From an uncultured Clostridia bacterium (lineage in GTDB: Bacteria > Bacillota > Clostridia > TANB77 > CAG-508), in contig CAUWGC010000004.1 in the NCBI GenBank assembly GCA_963558405.1, positions 1-64,000 of the forward strand: a stretch of DNA of 64,000 bases, given 5' to 3'. A program made the translations under genes and the position numbers. Shown here in pieces: positions 11,011-21,533 of this stretch. Each line of letters opens with the position of its first letter. Position 1 is the first letter of the stretch. The notes beneath the pieces were generated by a model. The model made no database searches and was not told where the DNA came from. It was given only the letters and a program-made list of their open reading frames with translations.

Positions 11011-11133
11011 GTGGCTAAAAGATGTGGAGATTGTGAATATTATAGTAATGGAAGATGCACTTACGATGGATATATAACACAAGGGGCAAATGACACAGAT
11101 GCACCTTATGAATGCGGACATTATAGTGAATAA
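11011..11133 (+). CDS. Small 40-aa Cys-rich protein (not in ORF track)
   Basis: SD AAGGAGGTG, GTG start, MAKRCGDCEYYSNGRCTYDGYITQGANDTDAPYECGHYSE*; own promoter and terminator. Confidence 0.75.
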   Translation: MAKRCGDCEYYSNGRCTYDGYITQGANDTDAPYECGHYSE

Positions 11134-11159
11134 AATAGACCTTTAAAGGTCTATTTTTT
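11132..11159 (+). terminator. Rho-independent terminator
   Basis: AAAATAGACCTTTAAAGGTCTATTTTTT. Confidence 0.75.
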
Positions 11160-11181
11160 GGATTTAAATTAGGGGGAAAAT

Positions 11182-13083
11182 ATGAAATTTAACAAGCCAA
11201 TTTACACAAAAGAAAATGGAAGTATTATACCAAATATAAGTAAATGGCTTATAGAAAAACAAAATGAAAGAAAAGAAGAAAAAAGAATTATAAAAAAAGT
11301 AACTGGTGGAACATTAAAAAGTCAAGAATTAAAATACTTAATAAATGGATTAAAAATTTTAAGATTAATGTATCGTCAAGGTATGGATTTTATAGAAATG
11401 GATTTGATTAATTCACAAAAAGAAATAACCACAAAAGAAGGGATTGTAAAAGCATTATTATTATTTACAAGAAGAAACGTAGATTCTTTTTTATATTCAA
11501 TAAATAATCAATTAAACGATAAGTATTATACAGATCAAAGTCAAATAGATTTTAAAAAGAGTCTTGAGGTCTTATCTAAGTCTAATGGAATTGTAACAAC
11601 TAAATATACTAGTAAAGAAGTAGTAGATGGAAAAGAGACAGAAGTTGTTAAAGAAAGAATATTATCACAAAAAGAAATATATGATATTATAGAAGATTTT
11701 CAAGAATATATTCACAAAAAAGAAATAAATGATTTAGAAAATATTGTAAATATAGGAATATCTATTGCAACTTTTTTAGGAACTGCAACAGATAGTATAA
11801 GACAAAGCGAAAAACCTATTATGACAGGAAGTATTTTAACAGGAGGAATTGCAGGAGGAATTGCAAATTTTATATATAAACAACAATTACATGAAAAAGA
11901 AGGAGACAAAATTAGGCAAAAACGCAGAGAAGCTTGGTTTTATCAAAAAGAGATGGTTGAAACAGAACCAATAGGGATAGAAGATAAAAAATATATGGAA
12001 AAAAAGACCGAGGAAAGTGTTAATGACTATTTAATTTCCAGAGAAATAAGAGATAAAAAACTAAATAATGCAGATATTGGACTAGACATAATAATTTCAA
12101 TAATGCTAGGTGCTTTAACAATAAACCAAACATTACAAAAAGGAACTTTTAAAGTAAACATGTTACCAACAATTTTAGCACAGTTTGGAGCAAATACAAG
12201 AGTACTTTCTAAATTGTATTTTACTATGAGAGAAATAAAAGATATACAATCAGAAAATGCTGATTATCAAGAAAAGTTAAAACAAGTACAAGATATAGTA
12301 AAACAAATAGAAGAAAAAGAAGAATGTCTAAAAGAAGCAGAAAATGATTTTAATACAATAGAAATAAAAGATTCTATTCTAAACTTTTATCAAAAAGAGG
12401 AAAGAGAAAAAGAACAATATGGAAAAACACTGCAAATACAAAGTTTTAGAGCTAATAAAGGAGAAATGATATTATTAACAGGAAATTCTGGTAATGGAAA
12501 AAGTACACTACTAAATTTATTAAAAAATGGAGATATACATAATCCAAAAACAATACAAATAGATAAAAAAGAAAAAGTAGACAAGCTTGGAAAACAAGCA
12601 ATAATGTTTTCATCTAGAACAAAATTAAGCGATATGACTAGTATTTTAGGTCAAATTACAAGAAAAGAAAGAATAGAAGAATTAACATTAGAAGAAAGAG
12701 AAAAATTAATAGAAATATTACAAGATTTAGAGTTATATAGACCAGGAAAAAATATAAAAGACATTATTTCTAAAAAGTATAGTGAGTTTTCTAGTGGACA
12801 AAAAAACCGTATTTCACTTGCAAAAGTTTTATATATGTTAGATGACAGTAAACAAGTAATATTATTAGATGAACCAACTAATTTTGTAGAAAAAGAACTA
12901 AGAAGAAAAACTTTTAAAGCAATAAAAAAATATTGTATGCAAGGAAAACCTAAAACAATTATTGTAGCAACCCATGATATTGAAGTTGCAGAAGAATTTG
13001 CAGATAGAAGATATCATATTAATCAAGAAGGAAAAGTACAAGAAGTACCAATTAAAAGAAAAATACAAGAGGAGAGATGTTAA
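11182..13083 (+). CDS. Atypical ABC-ATPase fusion protein
   Basis: C-terminal GNSGNGKS, FSSGQ, ILLDEPT, ATHD; N-terminal region with few hydrophobic segments. Confidence 0.75.
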   Translation: MKFNKPIYTKENGSIIPNISKWLIEKQNERKEEKRIIKKVTGGTLKSQELKYLINGLKILRLMYRQGMDFIEMDLINSQKEITTKEGIVKALLLFTRRNVDSFLYSINNQLNDKYYTDQSQIDFKKSLEVLSKSNGIVTTKYTSKEVVDGKETEVVKERILSQKEIYDIIEDFQEYIHKKEINDLENIVNIGISIATFLGTATDSIRQSEKPIMTGSILTGGIAGGIANFIYKQQLHEKEGDKIRQKRREAWFYQKEMVETEPIGIEDKKYMEKKTEESVNDYLISREIRDKKLNNADIGLDIIISIMLGALTINQTLQKGTFKVNMLPTILAQFGANTRVLSKLYFTMREIKDIQSENADYQEKLKQVQDIVKQIEEKEECLKEAENDFNTIEIKDSILNFYQKEEREKEQYGKTLQIQSFRANKGEMILLTGNSGNGKSTLLNLLKNGDIHNPKTIQIDKKEKVDKLGKQAIMFSSRTKLSDMTSILGQITRKERIEELTLEEREKLIEILQDLELYRPGKNIKDIISKKYSEFSSGQKNRISLAKVLYMLDDSKQVILLDEPTNFVEKELRRKTFKAIKKYCMQGKPKTIIVATHDIEVAEEFADRRYHINQEGKVQEVPIKRKIQEERC

Positions 13084-13192
13084 AATATTTTTTAAACATC
13101 TTTTTTCTTTTTGAAAAAAATACTTGTATAAATTTTCCATGTTGTATTATACTATAGAATAGAAAAAGAAATATAAAGAAAGGAAATAAGAT

Positions 13193-14467
13193 ATGAGGGA
13201 AAATAAAGTAAACATAAAAGAAGGAATTACATTACATTATATTAAAACTAGTAAGTTTAAAAATAATATGATAACTGTTTTTTTAACCACTCCTTTAAAT
13301 AGAAAAAATGTGACATGGAATAGCTTACTTACAGCGGTGTTAAGAAGAGGAACTAAAAAAATGCCTAGTCAGGAAAAAATTAGTGAAAATCTGGAAAGAA
13401 TGTATGGAGCTTCTTTTGACTGTGGAATAGAAAAAACAGGAGATAATCAAGTACTTAAATTTTATATAGAAGTATTAAATAATGAATATTTACCACAAAA
13501 AGAAGATTTATTAAAAGAAAGTATAGATATTTTATTTCAGGTTGCTTTTGATCCATTTTTAGAAAATGGTGCATTTAAAAAAGAATATGTAGATGGAGAA
13601 AAACAAACAATAAAACAATTAATAGATGGAAAAATAGATGACAAAGCTAAATATGCAGTTGAACGTACAACAGAAATAATGTACCAAAATAAGCCATATG
13701 GATTATATAAATTTGGATATGTAGAAGATTTAGAAAAAATAACACCTGAAGATTTATATAAATATTATCAAGAATTATTAAACAAATGTAAAATAGATAT
13801 ATTTATATCAGGAGAAGTAAAAGAGAATGAAATACTTAATATATTAAAGCAAAATGAACAATTGAATAATTTATCTTCAAGAAAGCCAGAATTTATTACA
13901 AATAATATTCAAAAAGAAGAATTAAAGAAGGAAGAACCAAAAGAAATATCAGAAAGCATGAATATTTCACAAGGAAAATTAATTTTAGGAATGAATATTT
14001 TATCAAATGATATAGAAGATAGATATACTGCATTAATATATAATGCTATTTTAGGAGGAAATGCAAATTCTAAGTTATTTCAAAATGTACGAGAAAAAGC
14101 AAGTTTAGCATACACAGCAAGTTCTTCATATGTAAGACATAAAAATATAATTTTTATCAAGTGCGGAATTGAGATTAAAAACTATAAAAAAGCATTGGAT
14201 ATAATAAAAAAACAATTAGAAGACATAAAAAATGGAGATTTTACAGAAGAACAAGTAGAAATTTGCAAAAAACAAATTATATCAAGCATACGTGGAATTC
14301 CAGACAGTCAAGATACAGAAATTATTTATTATTATGGTCAAGAAATATCAACAGAAAATATAAGTCTAGAAGAATATATAGATAAAATACAAAAAATTAC
14401 TAAAGAGGATGTAATTAAATTAGCAAATAAAATAAATATTAATACAATATATTTTTTAAAAGATTAG
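13193..14467 (+). CDS. M16 peptidase, non-catalytic subunit (YmfF-like)
   Basis: SKLFQNVREKASLAY motif; no HxxEH. Confidence 0.88.
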   Translation: MRENKVNIKEGITLHYIKTSKFKNNMITVFLTTPLNRKNVTWNSLLTAVLRRGTKKMPSQEKISENLERMYGASFDCGIEKTGDNQVLKFYIEVLNNEYLPQKEDLLKESIDILFQVAFDPFLENGAFKKEYVDGEKQTIKQLIDGKIDDKAKYAVERTTEIMYQNKPYGLYKFGYVEDLEKITPEDLYKYYQELLNKCKIDIFISGEVKENEILNILKQNEQLNNLSSRKPEFITNNIQKEELKKEEPKEISESMNISQGKLILGMNILSNDIEDRYTALIYNAILGGNANSKLFQNVREKASLAYTASSSYVRHKNIIFIKCGIEIKNYKKALDIIKKQLEDIKNGDFTEEQVEICKKQIISSIRGIPDSQDTEIIYYYGQEISTENISLEEYIDKIQKITKEDVIKLANKININTIYFLKD

Positions 14468-14480
14468 GAGGGACAAAAGA

Positions 14481-15761
14481 ATGCAAGTAATTGAAAATTT
14501 AAAAGTTAAAGAAAAATTATATATAGAAAAACTAGATAATGGTTTAACAGTTCTTATTGTTCCCAAAAAAGAAACTGATAAAAAATTTATAATATGGGGA
14601 ACAAATTTTGGATCTATAGATAGTAAATTTATTGTTCCAGGAGAAAAAGAAATTACAACTGTTCCTGATGGAGTTGCACATTTTTTAGAACATAAATTAT
14701 TTGAACAAAAAAATGGAACAAATAGTCTAGATACTTTAACAGCATTAGGAGTAGATGCAAACGCATATACTACTACGGATCATACTGCATATCTATATGA
14801 ATGCAATGATAAATTTTATGAAGCACTAGATGAATTTATGGATTATGTACAAAATCCATATTTTACTAAAGAAAATGTAGAAAAAGAAAAAGGAATAATA
14901 GGGCAAGAAATTAAAATGTACGAAGATCATCCAGGATGGCAAGTATACATTAATGCAATGCAATGTTTATATCATAATAATCCAGTAAGAATTGATATAG
15001 CAGGGACAATAGATAGTATATCAAAAATTGATAAGGACATATTATATAAATCATATAATACTTTCTATAGTTTACCTAATATGTGTTTAACAGTTTGTGG
15101 AGATTTTGAACCAGAAAAAATATTAGAAGAAATAAAAAAGAGAATTGTACCCAAAGAGCCTATTGAAGGAGTAAAAAGAATTTATCCAGAAGAACCTTTT
15201 AGTATTTTCAAAAAAGAATGTAAAAAACAAATGGAAGTAAGTAAACCAATATTTGTTATAGGAATAAAAGATAGTGTTACAGATTCAGAAACAATGGTAA
15301 GAAAACATATTGCTATTGAAATTTTATTAAATATGATAATTGGAAAAAGTTCTAAACTATATAAAAAATTGTACGAACAAGGGATATTATTAGAAGAACC
15401 TGATTTAGATTATGAATGGTCTAAAAACTATGCTCATATTACAATTTCTGCACAAAGTAAAAATCCGGAAGAAGTATATCAAGGAATACAAAATACAATA
15501 CAAGACTATATTAAAAATTCATTAGATTCGGAACACTTTGAAAGAATAAAAAGAAAAATATATGGAGATTATATAAAAGAATATAATGACGTTGCAGACA
15601 TAGCAAGAATGTTCTTATCAGATTGGATGAAAGGAATAAATAGTTTTTCATACTTAGAACAATATAATTCAGTTACAAAAGAATATACAGAAAAGATACT
15701 AAAAGAAGTATTTTTGGAAAATAACATGATTTTATCTACTGTTAAGCAAAATAATGAATAA
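14481..15761 (+). CDS. M16 zinc peptidase (YmfH-like)
   Basis: GVAHFLEHKLF (HxxEH), NAYT, EKEKGIIGQEI. Confidence 0.92.
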   Translation: MQVIENLKVKEKLYIEKLDNGLTVLIVPKKETDKKFIIWGTNFGSIDSKFIVPGEKEITTVPDGVAHFLEHKLFEQKNGTNSLDTLTALGVDANAYTTTDHTAYLYECNDKFYEALDEFMDYVQNPYFTKENVEKEKGIIGQEIKMYEDHPGWQVYINAMQCLYHNNPVRIDIAGTIDSISKIDKDILYKSYNTFYSLPNMCLTVCGDFEPEKILEEIKKRIVPKEPIEGVKRIYPEEPFSIFKKECKKQMEVSKPIFVIGIKDSVTDSETMVRKHIAIEILLNMIIGKSSKLYKKLYEQGILLEEPDLDYEWSKNYAHITISAQSKNPEEVYQGIQNTIQDYIKNSLDSEHFERIKRKIYGDYIKEYNDVADIARMFLSDWMKGINSFSYLEQYNSVTKEYTEKILKEVFLENNMILSTVKQNNE

Positions 15762-16022
15762 AGAATATTATCAAAAAGACATATAAAATATTCCTAGGAA
15801 ATAAAGCTCTTTTGGAATATTTTATATGTTGTTATTTGTCATATTTAGTAGAATTTTGTATAGCAGTATAAAAAAATGTCAAAAAGAGAGGAAAAATACA
15901 AAAAACTGACGTACGAAAATACTCTAAAACCGGACAATATAACACAAAAAATATTGACTCTAATGTAAAAATATGGTATTTTATATATAGTTAATAAATA
16001 AAATGCAAAAGGAGAGAAGTAT

Positions 16023-16226
16023 ATGTTAAATGATGAGATTTGTAAATTAAGAGAAAAATTAAATAATAGCATAATAAGTGGACAAGACTATAGCATAACT
16101 TATCAGTTAAGTGTAGAACTTGATGACCTTATTGCAAAATATTATAAACAATTTCAGGAAAATAAAGTCCTTGAAAAAGAAAGAGTTAACCAAAATATAA
16201 AAACAAAAACATTTTCTAATGTTTAA
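16023..16226 (+). CDS. Spo0E-family aspartyl-phosphate phosphatase
   Basis: LREKLN...LSVELDDLIAKY, a variant of the SQELD motif. Confidence 0.75.
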   Translation: MLNDEICKLREKLNNSIISGQDYSITYQLSVELDDLIAKYYKQFQENKVLEKERVNQNIKTKTFSNV

Positions 16227-16314
16227 AAGAGTTCTTTTATTATGGGAATAAAGGCTCTTTTTTGTTCCTATAAAGAAAAAATGACAAAAAAATTAAGAAA
16301 AAATCAAATAATTC

Positions 16315-16343
16315 TTGATTTTTCCTCCTATATAGTCTATAAT
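16315..16343 (+). promoter_or_regulatory. SigA-type promoter of first pilin gene
   Basis: TTGATT-17 nt-TATAAT. Confidence 0.6.
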
Positions 16344-16401
16344 AAAAGCAAGAGTTTGAAATATAATTATAAAAAATAAAGAAAGTTAAGGAGGATTACA
16401 G

Positions 16402-16776
16402 ATGAAAAAGAAAACTGTAAAAATTATTTCTAGTTTAGTGATAATTGCAATTATGTTAATGTCTATGTCTACATTTATATTTGCAGCTGATTACTTAGAT
16501 CCAGGTTCAATTACACCACAAGATACACCAGCTGCTACAAGTGTACAAAATATGGCTGGACAAATTTTAAGTATTGTTCAAATAGTAGCAATTTCAGTAG
16601 CAATTATTATGCTTATAGTATTAGCAATTAAATATATTTCTGCTTCACCAGAAGGAAAAGCTGATATTAAAAAGTCTGCAACTTTATATGTTGTAGGTGC
16701 AGTATTATTGTTCGGTGCATCTGGAGTACTAGAAATTGTAAAACAATTTGCAGAGACGCTAGGTGCTGCAAAATAA
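16402..16776 (+). CDS. TrbC/VirB2-like pilin 1
   Basis: Signal peptide, two hydrophobic helices flanking IKYISASPEGKADIKK, then GAVLLFGA. Confidence 0.78.
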   Translation: MKKKTVKIISSLVIIAIMLMSMSTFIFAADYLDPGSITPQDTPAATSVQNMAGQILSIVQIVAISVAIIMLIVLAIKYISASPEGKADIKKSATLYVVGAVLLFGASGVLEIVKQFAETLGAAK

Positions 16777-16794
16777 AATATAAAAAAAGATATA

Positions 16795-16821
16795 AAAAAG
16801 GGCAATTATTTGCCCTTTTTT
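16795..16821 (+). terminator. Terminator after pilin 1
   Basis: AAAAAGGGCAA-ttat-TTGCCCTTTTTT. Confidence 0.75.
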
Positions 16822-16842
16822 ACAAATAAGGGAAGTGATAGG

Positions 16843-17211
16843 ATGAACATAAAAAAAATTATAAAACTAATTGTTTTATTATTTTTATTTATTGTGTTAT
16901 TAGGAATGTATTCAAATGTATTTGCAGATGATATAAATACAGGTGATTATACAGATATTTATAATCCTGGTGGAACTGGTGGTCTTAATACAATGGGAGG
17001 AAAAATTTTAGGGCTTGTACAAGCAATTGGAACCAGTGTATCAGTTATTATGATAGTAGTTATTGCAATACGTTATTTTGTATCTGCTCCAGATCAAAAA
17101 GCAGATGTAAAAAGTAAACTAATACCATTTTTGATAGGTGCAATATTATTATTCGGTGCAAGTAATCTTCTTTCGTTATTAGTTACAGTAGTAAGAGATA
17201 TATTCAAATAA
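16843..17211 (+). CDS. TrbC/VirB2-like pilin 2
   Basis: Start moved to ATG 16843; paralogue of pilin 1 (IRYFVSAPDQKADVK...GAILLFGA). Confidence 0.78.
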   Translation: MNIKKIIKLIVLLFLFIVLLGMYSNVFADDINTGDYTDIYNPGGTGGLNTMGGKILGLVQAIGTSVSVIMIVVIAIRYFVSAPDQKADVKSKLIPFLIGAILLFGASNLLSLLVTVVRDIFK

Positions 17212-17386
17212 AACATACGGCTATAAGGGAAAGACCAGAATATATACAGTCATAGTAAAAAGAAAAAATAAATAAAAAAAATAAGCCAAAATAGTTCCAA
17301 AAAAGCTACTATTTTGGCTCTTTTATTGCACATATATTACAGTTGTATTAAAATTTAATAATAATAGCTAATATCCCCTATAAATG

Positions 17387-17415
17387 TTGAAAAATACGTA
17401 AAAATAAAGTATAAT
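17387..17415 (+). promoter_or_regulatory. SigA-type promoter of main T4SS-like operon
   Basis: TTGAAA-17 nt-TATAAT. Confidence 0.65.
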
Positions 17416-17449
17416 AATATATAATAGGTTTAAAGTGGAGGTGAATTGT

Positions 17450-17983
17450 ATGATAGTGAAAATAAATAAAAAAATTATAGTGACTTTATTAGTAATTTTA
17501 ATTAGTATTTTTTGTTGTCAACCTGTAAAAGCATACAATATAACTCAAGAAATATATATTGCAGAAGCAGATGGTGGGGAATTTGGAGCAGGAGGACAAA
17601 TACCTTCTACAGGAGGAAGTACTTCTGGACTTTCTTGGGATTCTATAAAACAACAAGCAGACAGTTGGTTAAATAGTGGTAAAGGACAAGACCATGTAGA
17701 TGATTCTAAATTACAAGATATAGTTATACCAATTGGACAAATGTTAGTTGCAATTGGTGGTATTGTTTTACTTGTAGTAACAACTATCATGGGAATAAAA
17801 TACATGACAGGAGGACCAGAAAAGAGAGGTCAATTAAAACAACAATTGGTAGGTTTAGTTGTAGCTACAATTGTAATTTTCGCTGCACAATTTATCTGGG
17901 CACTTGCATACACTTTCATGACTGATATTACAGTAAGTGAAATAGAACAAAAAACAATAAAAATAGAACAAATTAAAGCATAA
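17450..17983 (+). CDS. TrbC/VirB2-like pilin 3
   Basis: ATG 17450 after SD GGAGGTG; GIKYMTGGPEKRGQLK between two hydrophobic helices. Confidence 0.7.
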   Translation: MIVKINKKIIVTLLVILISIFCCQPVKAYNITQEIYIAEADGGEFGAGGQIPSTGGSTSGLSWDSIKQQADSWLNSGKGQDHVDDSKLQDIVIPIGQMLVAIGGIVLLVVTTIMGIKYMTGGPEKRGQLKQQLVGLVVATIVIFAAQFIWALAYTFMTDITVSEIEQKTIKIEQIKA

Positions 17984-17999
17984 CAAAGGAGGAAAAACA

Positions 18000-18338
18000 A
18001 TGGGTACATATTATATTCCTAGAAATGTAAAAGGAGAAACAAGATTATTAAATATTTTTACAGTAAAATCTCTTATTACTACAATGGCAGGAGCAATTAT
18101 TGGTTCAGTTTTTTATCTTATATTTGGGTTATTATTACAAATGAAACCATTAGGAATTGGAATTATGGCAACATTTGCAGTTATAGGATTTGGAATTGGA
18201 GCAATTAAAATTCCAACTTTAGGAGGAATACCTTTTACAAAAAAAATAGGTGGAGAATCTTTAGACGAAATAATAAGAAGATACATAAAATTTAAAATGA
18301 ACAGAAAAGTGTACACTTATACAAAGGAGGAAAAATAA
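18000..18338 (+). CDS. PrgI-family (VirB3-like) membrane protein
   Basis: YYIPRNVKGETRLL, two TMs, position upstream of VirB4. Confidence 0.7.
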   Translation: MGTYYIPRNVKGETRLLNIFTVKSLITTMAGAIIGSVFYLIFGLLLQMKPLGIGIMATFAVIGFGIGAIKIPTLGGIPFTKKIGGESLDEIIRRYIKFKMNRKVYTYTKEEK

Positions 18339-18341
18339 ACT

Positions 18342-19526
18342 ATGGATATTATAGTATTACTTAATTTAATTCTTGTAGTAGTAGTTATTTTAATTGCTAT
18401 TTTTACCGGATTGTTTTTCTGGTTTTTTGTAAAATCAAAAAAGAAAAAAGAAGAAGAATTATTAGGTGAAAAATCACAAAAAGAAGAATCTACTTTTCAT
18501 GGAATACCAAAAGAATCTATTTATCGTTTTATGGAGTTTGACGAAATAAAAGATAATATGATTATAAGAAAAAATAGACAACAATATATAATGGTAATCC
18601 AATGTCAAGGTGTAAATTATGATTTATTATCAGAAGAAGAAAAAGTAGCAGTAGAAGAAGGATTTGTACAATTTTTAAACACATTGCGTTTTCCAATTCA
18701 ATTATATATTCAAACAAGAAGTCTAAATTTAAGAGAAATTGTAGAAGAATATAAAGAAAAAGTAAAAAAAATACAAGAAGAAGTTGAAAGCTTAGATATA
18801 AAAATAAGAGAAGCAGAACAAAGAGGAAAACAATCAGAGTTAGAAAAATTATATTATGAAAGAAGAAGAAAAGAAAATGTATTAGAATATGGGTCAGATA
18901 TTGCAGAATATGTAGGAAGATTGAGTCTTAACAAAAACGTATTACAACAAAGAAATTATGTTGTTGTTTCTTATTATGCAGCTGAATTTAATGGAGGAGA
19001 TAAATATTCAAAAGAAGAGATAGACAATATCTGTTTTGGAGAATTATATACAAGATGTCAATCTGTTATTCGTTCTTTATCTTCTTCTAATGTTTTGGGA
19101 AAAGTATTAACATCAGAAGAACTTGGTGAATTATTGTATATTGCGTATAACAGAGATGAATCAGAAATTATGCAATTATCAAAAGCGTTAGATGCACAAT
19201 ATGATGCTCTATATAGCACAGCAAGAGACGTATTAAAGAAAAAACAAGAGCAAATAGAAGAACAAATAGAATTAGAAGCTGTAAACTTAGCAACAGAAAG
19301 TATTTTAGAAGCAGACAGAATACGTAAAAAAGAAATAAGTAATGAAGAAAAGAAAAAGAAAATAAAAGAAAAAGCATTACAAATGATAGAAGAATATAGA
19401 GGTCAAATGGATGATGACTTATATGAAGAAACTAAAAAGGAAATTGTAAGACAAGCAGAAAAATTAGAGGAGAAAACAGAAAAGAAAAAAACAAATAATA
19501 AAACAAAAGCAAAGAAAGGAGAATAA
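18342..19526 (+). CDS. T4SS-associated protein (N-terminal TM, coiled coil)
   Basis: GVNYDLLSEEE...FLNTLRFPIQ segment of the kind found in genes preceding VirB4. Confidence 0.65.
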   Translation: MDIIVLLNLILVVVVILIAIFTGLFFWFFVKSKKKKEEELLGEKSQKEESTFHGIPKESIYRFMEFDEIKDNMIIRKNRQQYIMVIQCQGVNYDLLSEEEKVAVEEGFVQFLNTLRFPIQLYIQTRSLNLREIVEEYKEKVKKIQEEVESLDIKIREAEQRGKQSELEKLYYERRRKENVLEYGSDIAEYVGRLSLNKNVLQQRNYVVVSYYAAEFNGGDKYSKEEIDNICFGELYTRCQSVIRSLSSSNVLGKVLTSEELGELLYIAYNRDESEIMQLSKALDAQYDALYSTARDVLKKKQEQIEEQIELEAVNLATESILEADRIRKKEISNEEKKKKIKEKALQMIEEYRGQMDDDLYEETKKEIVRQAEKLEEKTEKKKTNNKTKAKKGE

Positions 19527-19532
19527 GCAGAT

Positions 19533-21497
19533 ATGAAAAAGAACAAAAATAAAGAACAAGAACAAATTATACAAAAAGAAAATACAACAGGTGTATTAGA
19601 TAAAAATGTAAAAAATATAAAAGATTTAATAGCACCTGCTGGAATAGATGCAAGTAACACAAACCATCTAGAAATAGTTTCAAACCGTTCTAGATTTGCA
19701 AGAAGTATGATTGTTTCTACAATACCTAGAATGTGTACTTTCCCAGAATTTTTAAGAAGTATGTATACATTTGGAGATGCAAATATATCTGTATTTATTA
19801 ATCCAATAAGTGAAAGTACTTCTCAAACAGATTTAAATAGAACAATTAACGAACTAGAATCAGAAAGAATTGTGGCAATGGATAAAGGTGATATTAACCG
19901 TGAAAGAATATTAGCACAAAAAAGATTAGAAGCAGAAGAGTTAAGAGACCAAATTGCAGCAGGATTTAACAAAATTTTTGAATCTTCAATAATTTGTACA
20001 TTGTTTGCATATAACTTAGAAGATTTAAATAAACAAACAGAGTTTTTAGCATCAGAAATGTCAAAAACTTTAATAGGTGTAAAACCAGCATGGGCAATGC
20101 AAGAAGAAGCATTTAAATCAAATATGCCATATTGTGATAATAAAATAGGAAAAGCCCATTCTTTTGACCGTAGAAGTATGGCAACAGTATTCCCATTTTT
20201 TACATCTGATGTAGGACACGAAAAAGGAATACCTTTAGGATTTAATAGACAAACAGGATTACCAATATTATTTGATAACTTTAGTCCAAAATTAACAAAC
20301 TATAACATGGTTATATTTGGTAAATCTGGTGCAGGTAAAGGTGTAACAATCAAAACATTAACAGCCCGTTCATCTGTTTTAATGGGAATAGAAAGTTTAG
20401 CACTAGATGCAGAAGGTGAATATGGTGTAGTTGCAGAATCCCTAGGAGGAATTAATGTTACAATAAGTCCAAATTCAAATACAATTATTAATTTATTTGA
20501 CTTAGAACCAGAAATTGTACGTGATGAAATAACAGGAAGAGAAAGAACAGTTTTAAATATAGAAAATAAAGTAGAAGACGTAACACAAGCTCTACTTACA
20601 ATGGCAAGAGGTAGTACCAGAAGTACAGAGGTAAACGAGCTTACAAAACAAATTATTGCAGAAGCAGTTGCAGAAGAATATGCAGATTTAGGAATAACAA
20701 ATAATTTAGAGAGTCTTTATACAGACGAATCACCAGCCTTCCGTAAGAACTTTTTAGGTAGAACAAAGAAAGAAATGCCAACAATAGGTTCTTGGTATAA
20801 AAGAATACTAAAAAATGCAGAGCAAAATGATAATCCAGATTATAGATTCCATTATAGTTATTTAGCAAAAGTTATGAGACAATATGTAAGAGAATATGAT
20901 GGACAGATGGCATATTTTGATGGACAATCAACATTTGAATTGTTAGATAGTGTACCATTTATCAACTTAGACATTTCTCAACTAGAAGAAAGATTTGCAA
21001 GACCACTTGCACAACAAATATTACTTTCTTGGATTTGGGAAAAATATGTTAAGAAAAACAGTGAAGATAGAACAAAAGCAACAAAGAAAAGGGTGTTAGT
21101 AGACGAAGCTTGGATGTTATTACCATATCCAGAAGCGGTAGACTTTTTAAATACAATGGCAAGACGTGCCAGAAAAAGAAATGTATCTTTAGCAGTAGTA
21201 TCACAAAAGTTCCAGGACTTCTACGAGAAACAAGAAGCACAAGCAGTATTAACATCATCTGATACAAAATTATTTTTAGCACAAGATAAATCAGAAATTC
21301 AATATATAAAAGAGGTATTTAAATTAAGTGAAGGAGAAGCAGCATTTTTAACTACATGTAGTAGGGGAGAAGGACTTTTAAAAGTAGGAGAAGATACAGC
21401 AATTATTGCAATAAAACCTACAAGAAAAGAATTTGAATTCGTAGAAACAAACGTAAACGAAATTGTAAGAAATAGAAGAAAAACAGATCCAAAATAA
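19533..21497 (+). CDS. virB4: VirB4-like ATPase
   Basis: Walker A GKSGAGKG, LDAEGEY, Walker B LVDEAW, RRARKR, SQ motif, GEGLL. Confidence 0.9.
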   Translation: MKKNKNKEQEQIIQKENTTGVLDKNVKNIKDLIAPAGIDASNTNHLEIVSNRSRFARSMIVSTIPRMCTFPEFLRSMYTFGDANISVFINPISESTSQTDLNRTINELESERIVAMDKGDINRERILAQKRLEAEELRDQIAAGFNKIFESSIICTLFAYNLEDLNKQTEFLASEMSKTLIGVKPAWAMQEEAFKSNMPYCDNKIGKAHSFDRRSMATVFPFFTSDVGHEKGIPLGFNRQTGLPILFDNFSPKLTNYNMVIFGKSGAGKGVTIKTLTARSSVLMGIESLALDAEGEYGVVAESLGGINVTISPNSNTIINLFDLEPEIVRDEITGRERTVLNIENKVEDVTQALLTMARGSTRSTEVNELTKQIIAEAVAEEYADLGITNNLESLYTDESPAFRKNFLGRTKKEMPTIGSWYKRILKNAEQNDNPDYRFHYSYLAKVMRQYVREYDGQMAYFDGQSTFELLDSVPFINLDISQLEERFARPLAQQILLSWIWEKYVKKNSEDRTKATKKRVLVDEAWMLLPYPEAVDFLNTMARRARKRNVSLAVVSQKFQDFYEKQEAQAVLTSSDTKLFLAQDKSEIQYIKEVFKLSEGEAAFLTTCSRGEGLLKVGEDTAIIAIKPTRKEFEFVETNVNEIVRNRRKTDPK

Positions 21498-21533
21498 ATA
21501 AAAAAATATGTAATAATAGAAAGGAGATATTAA

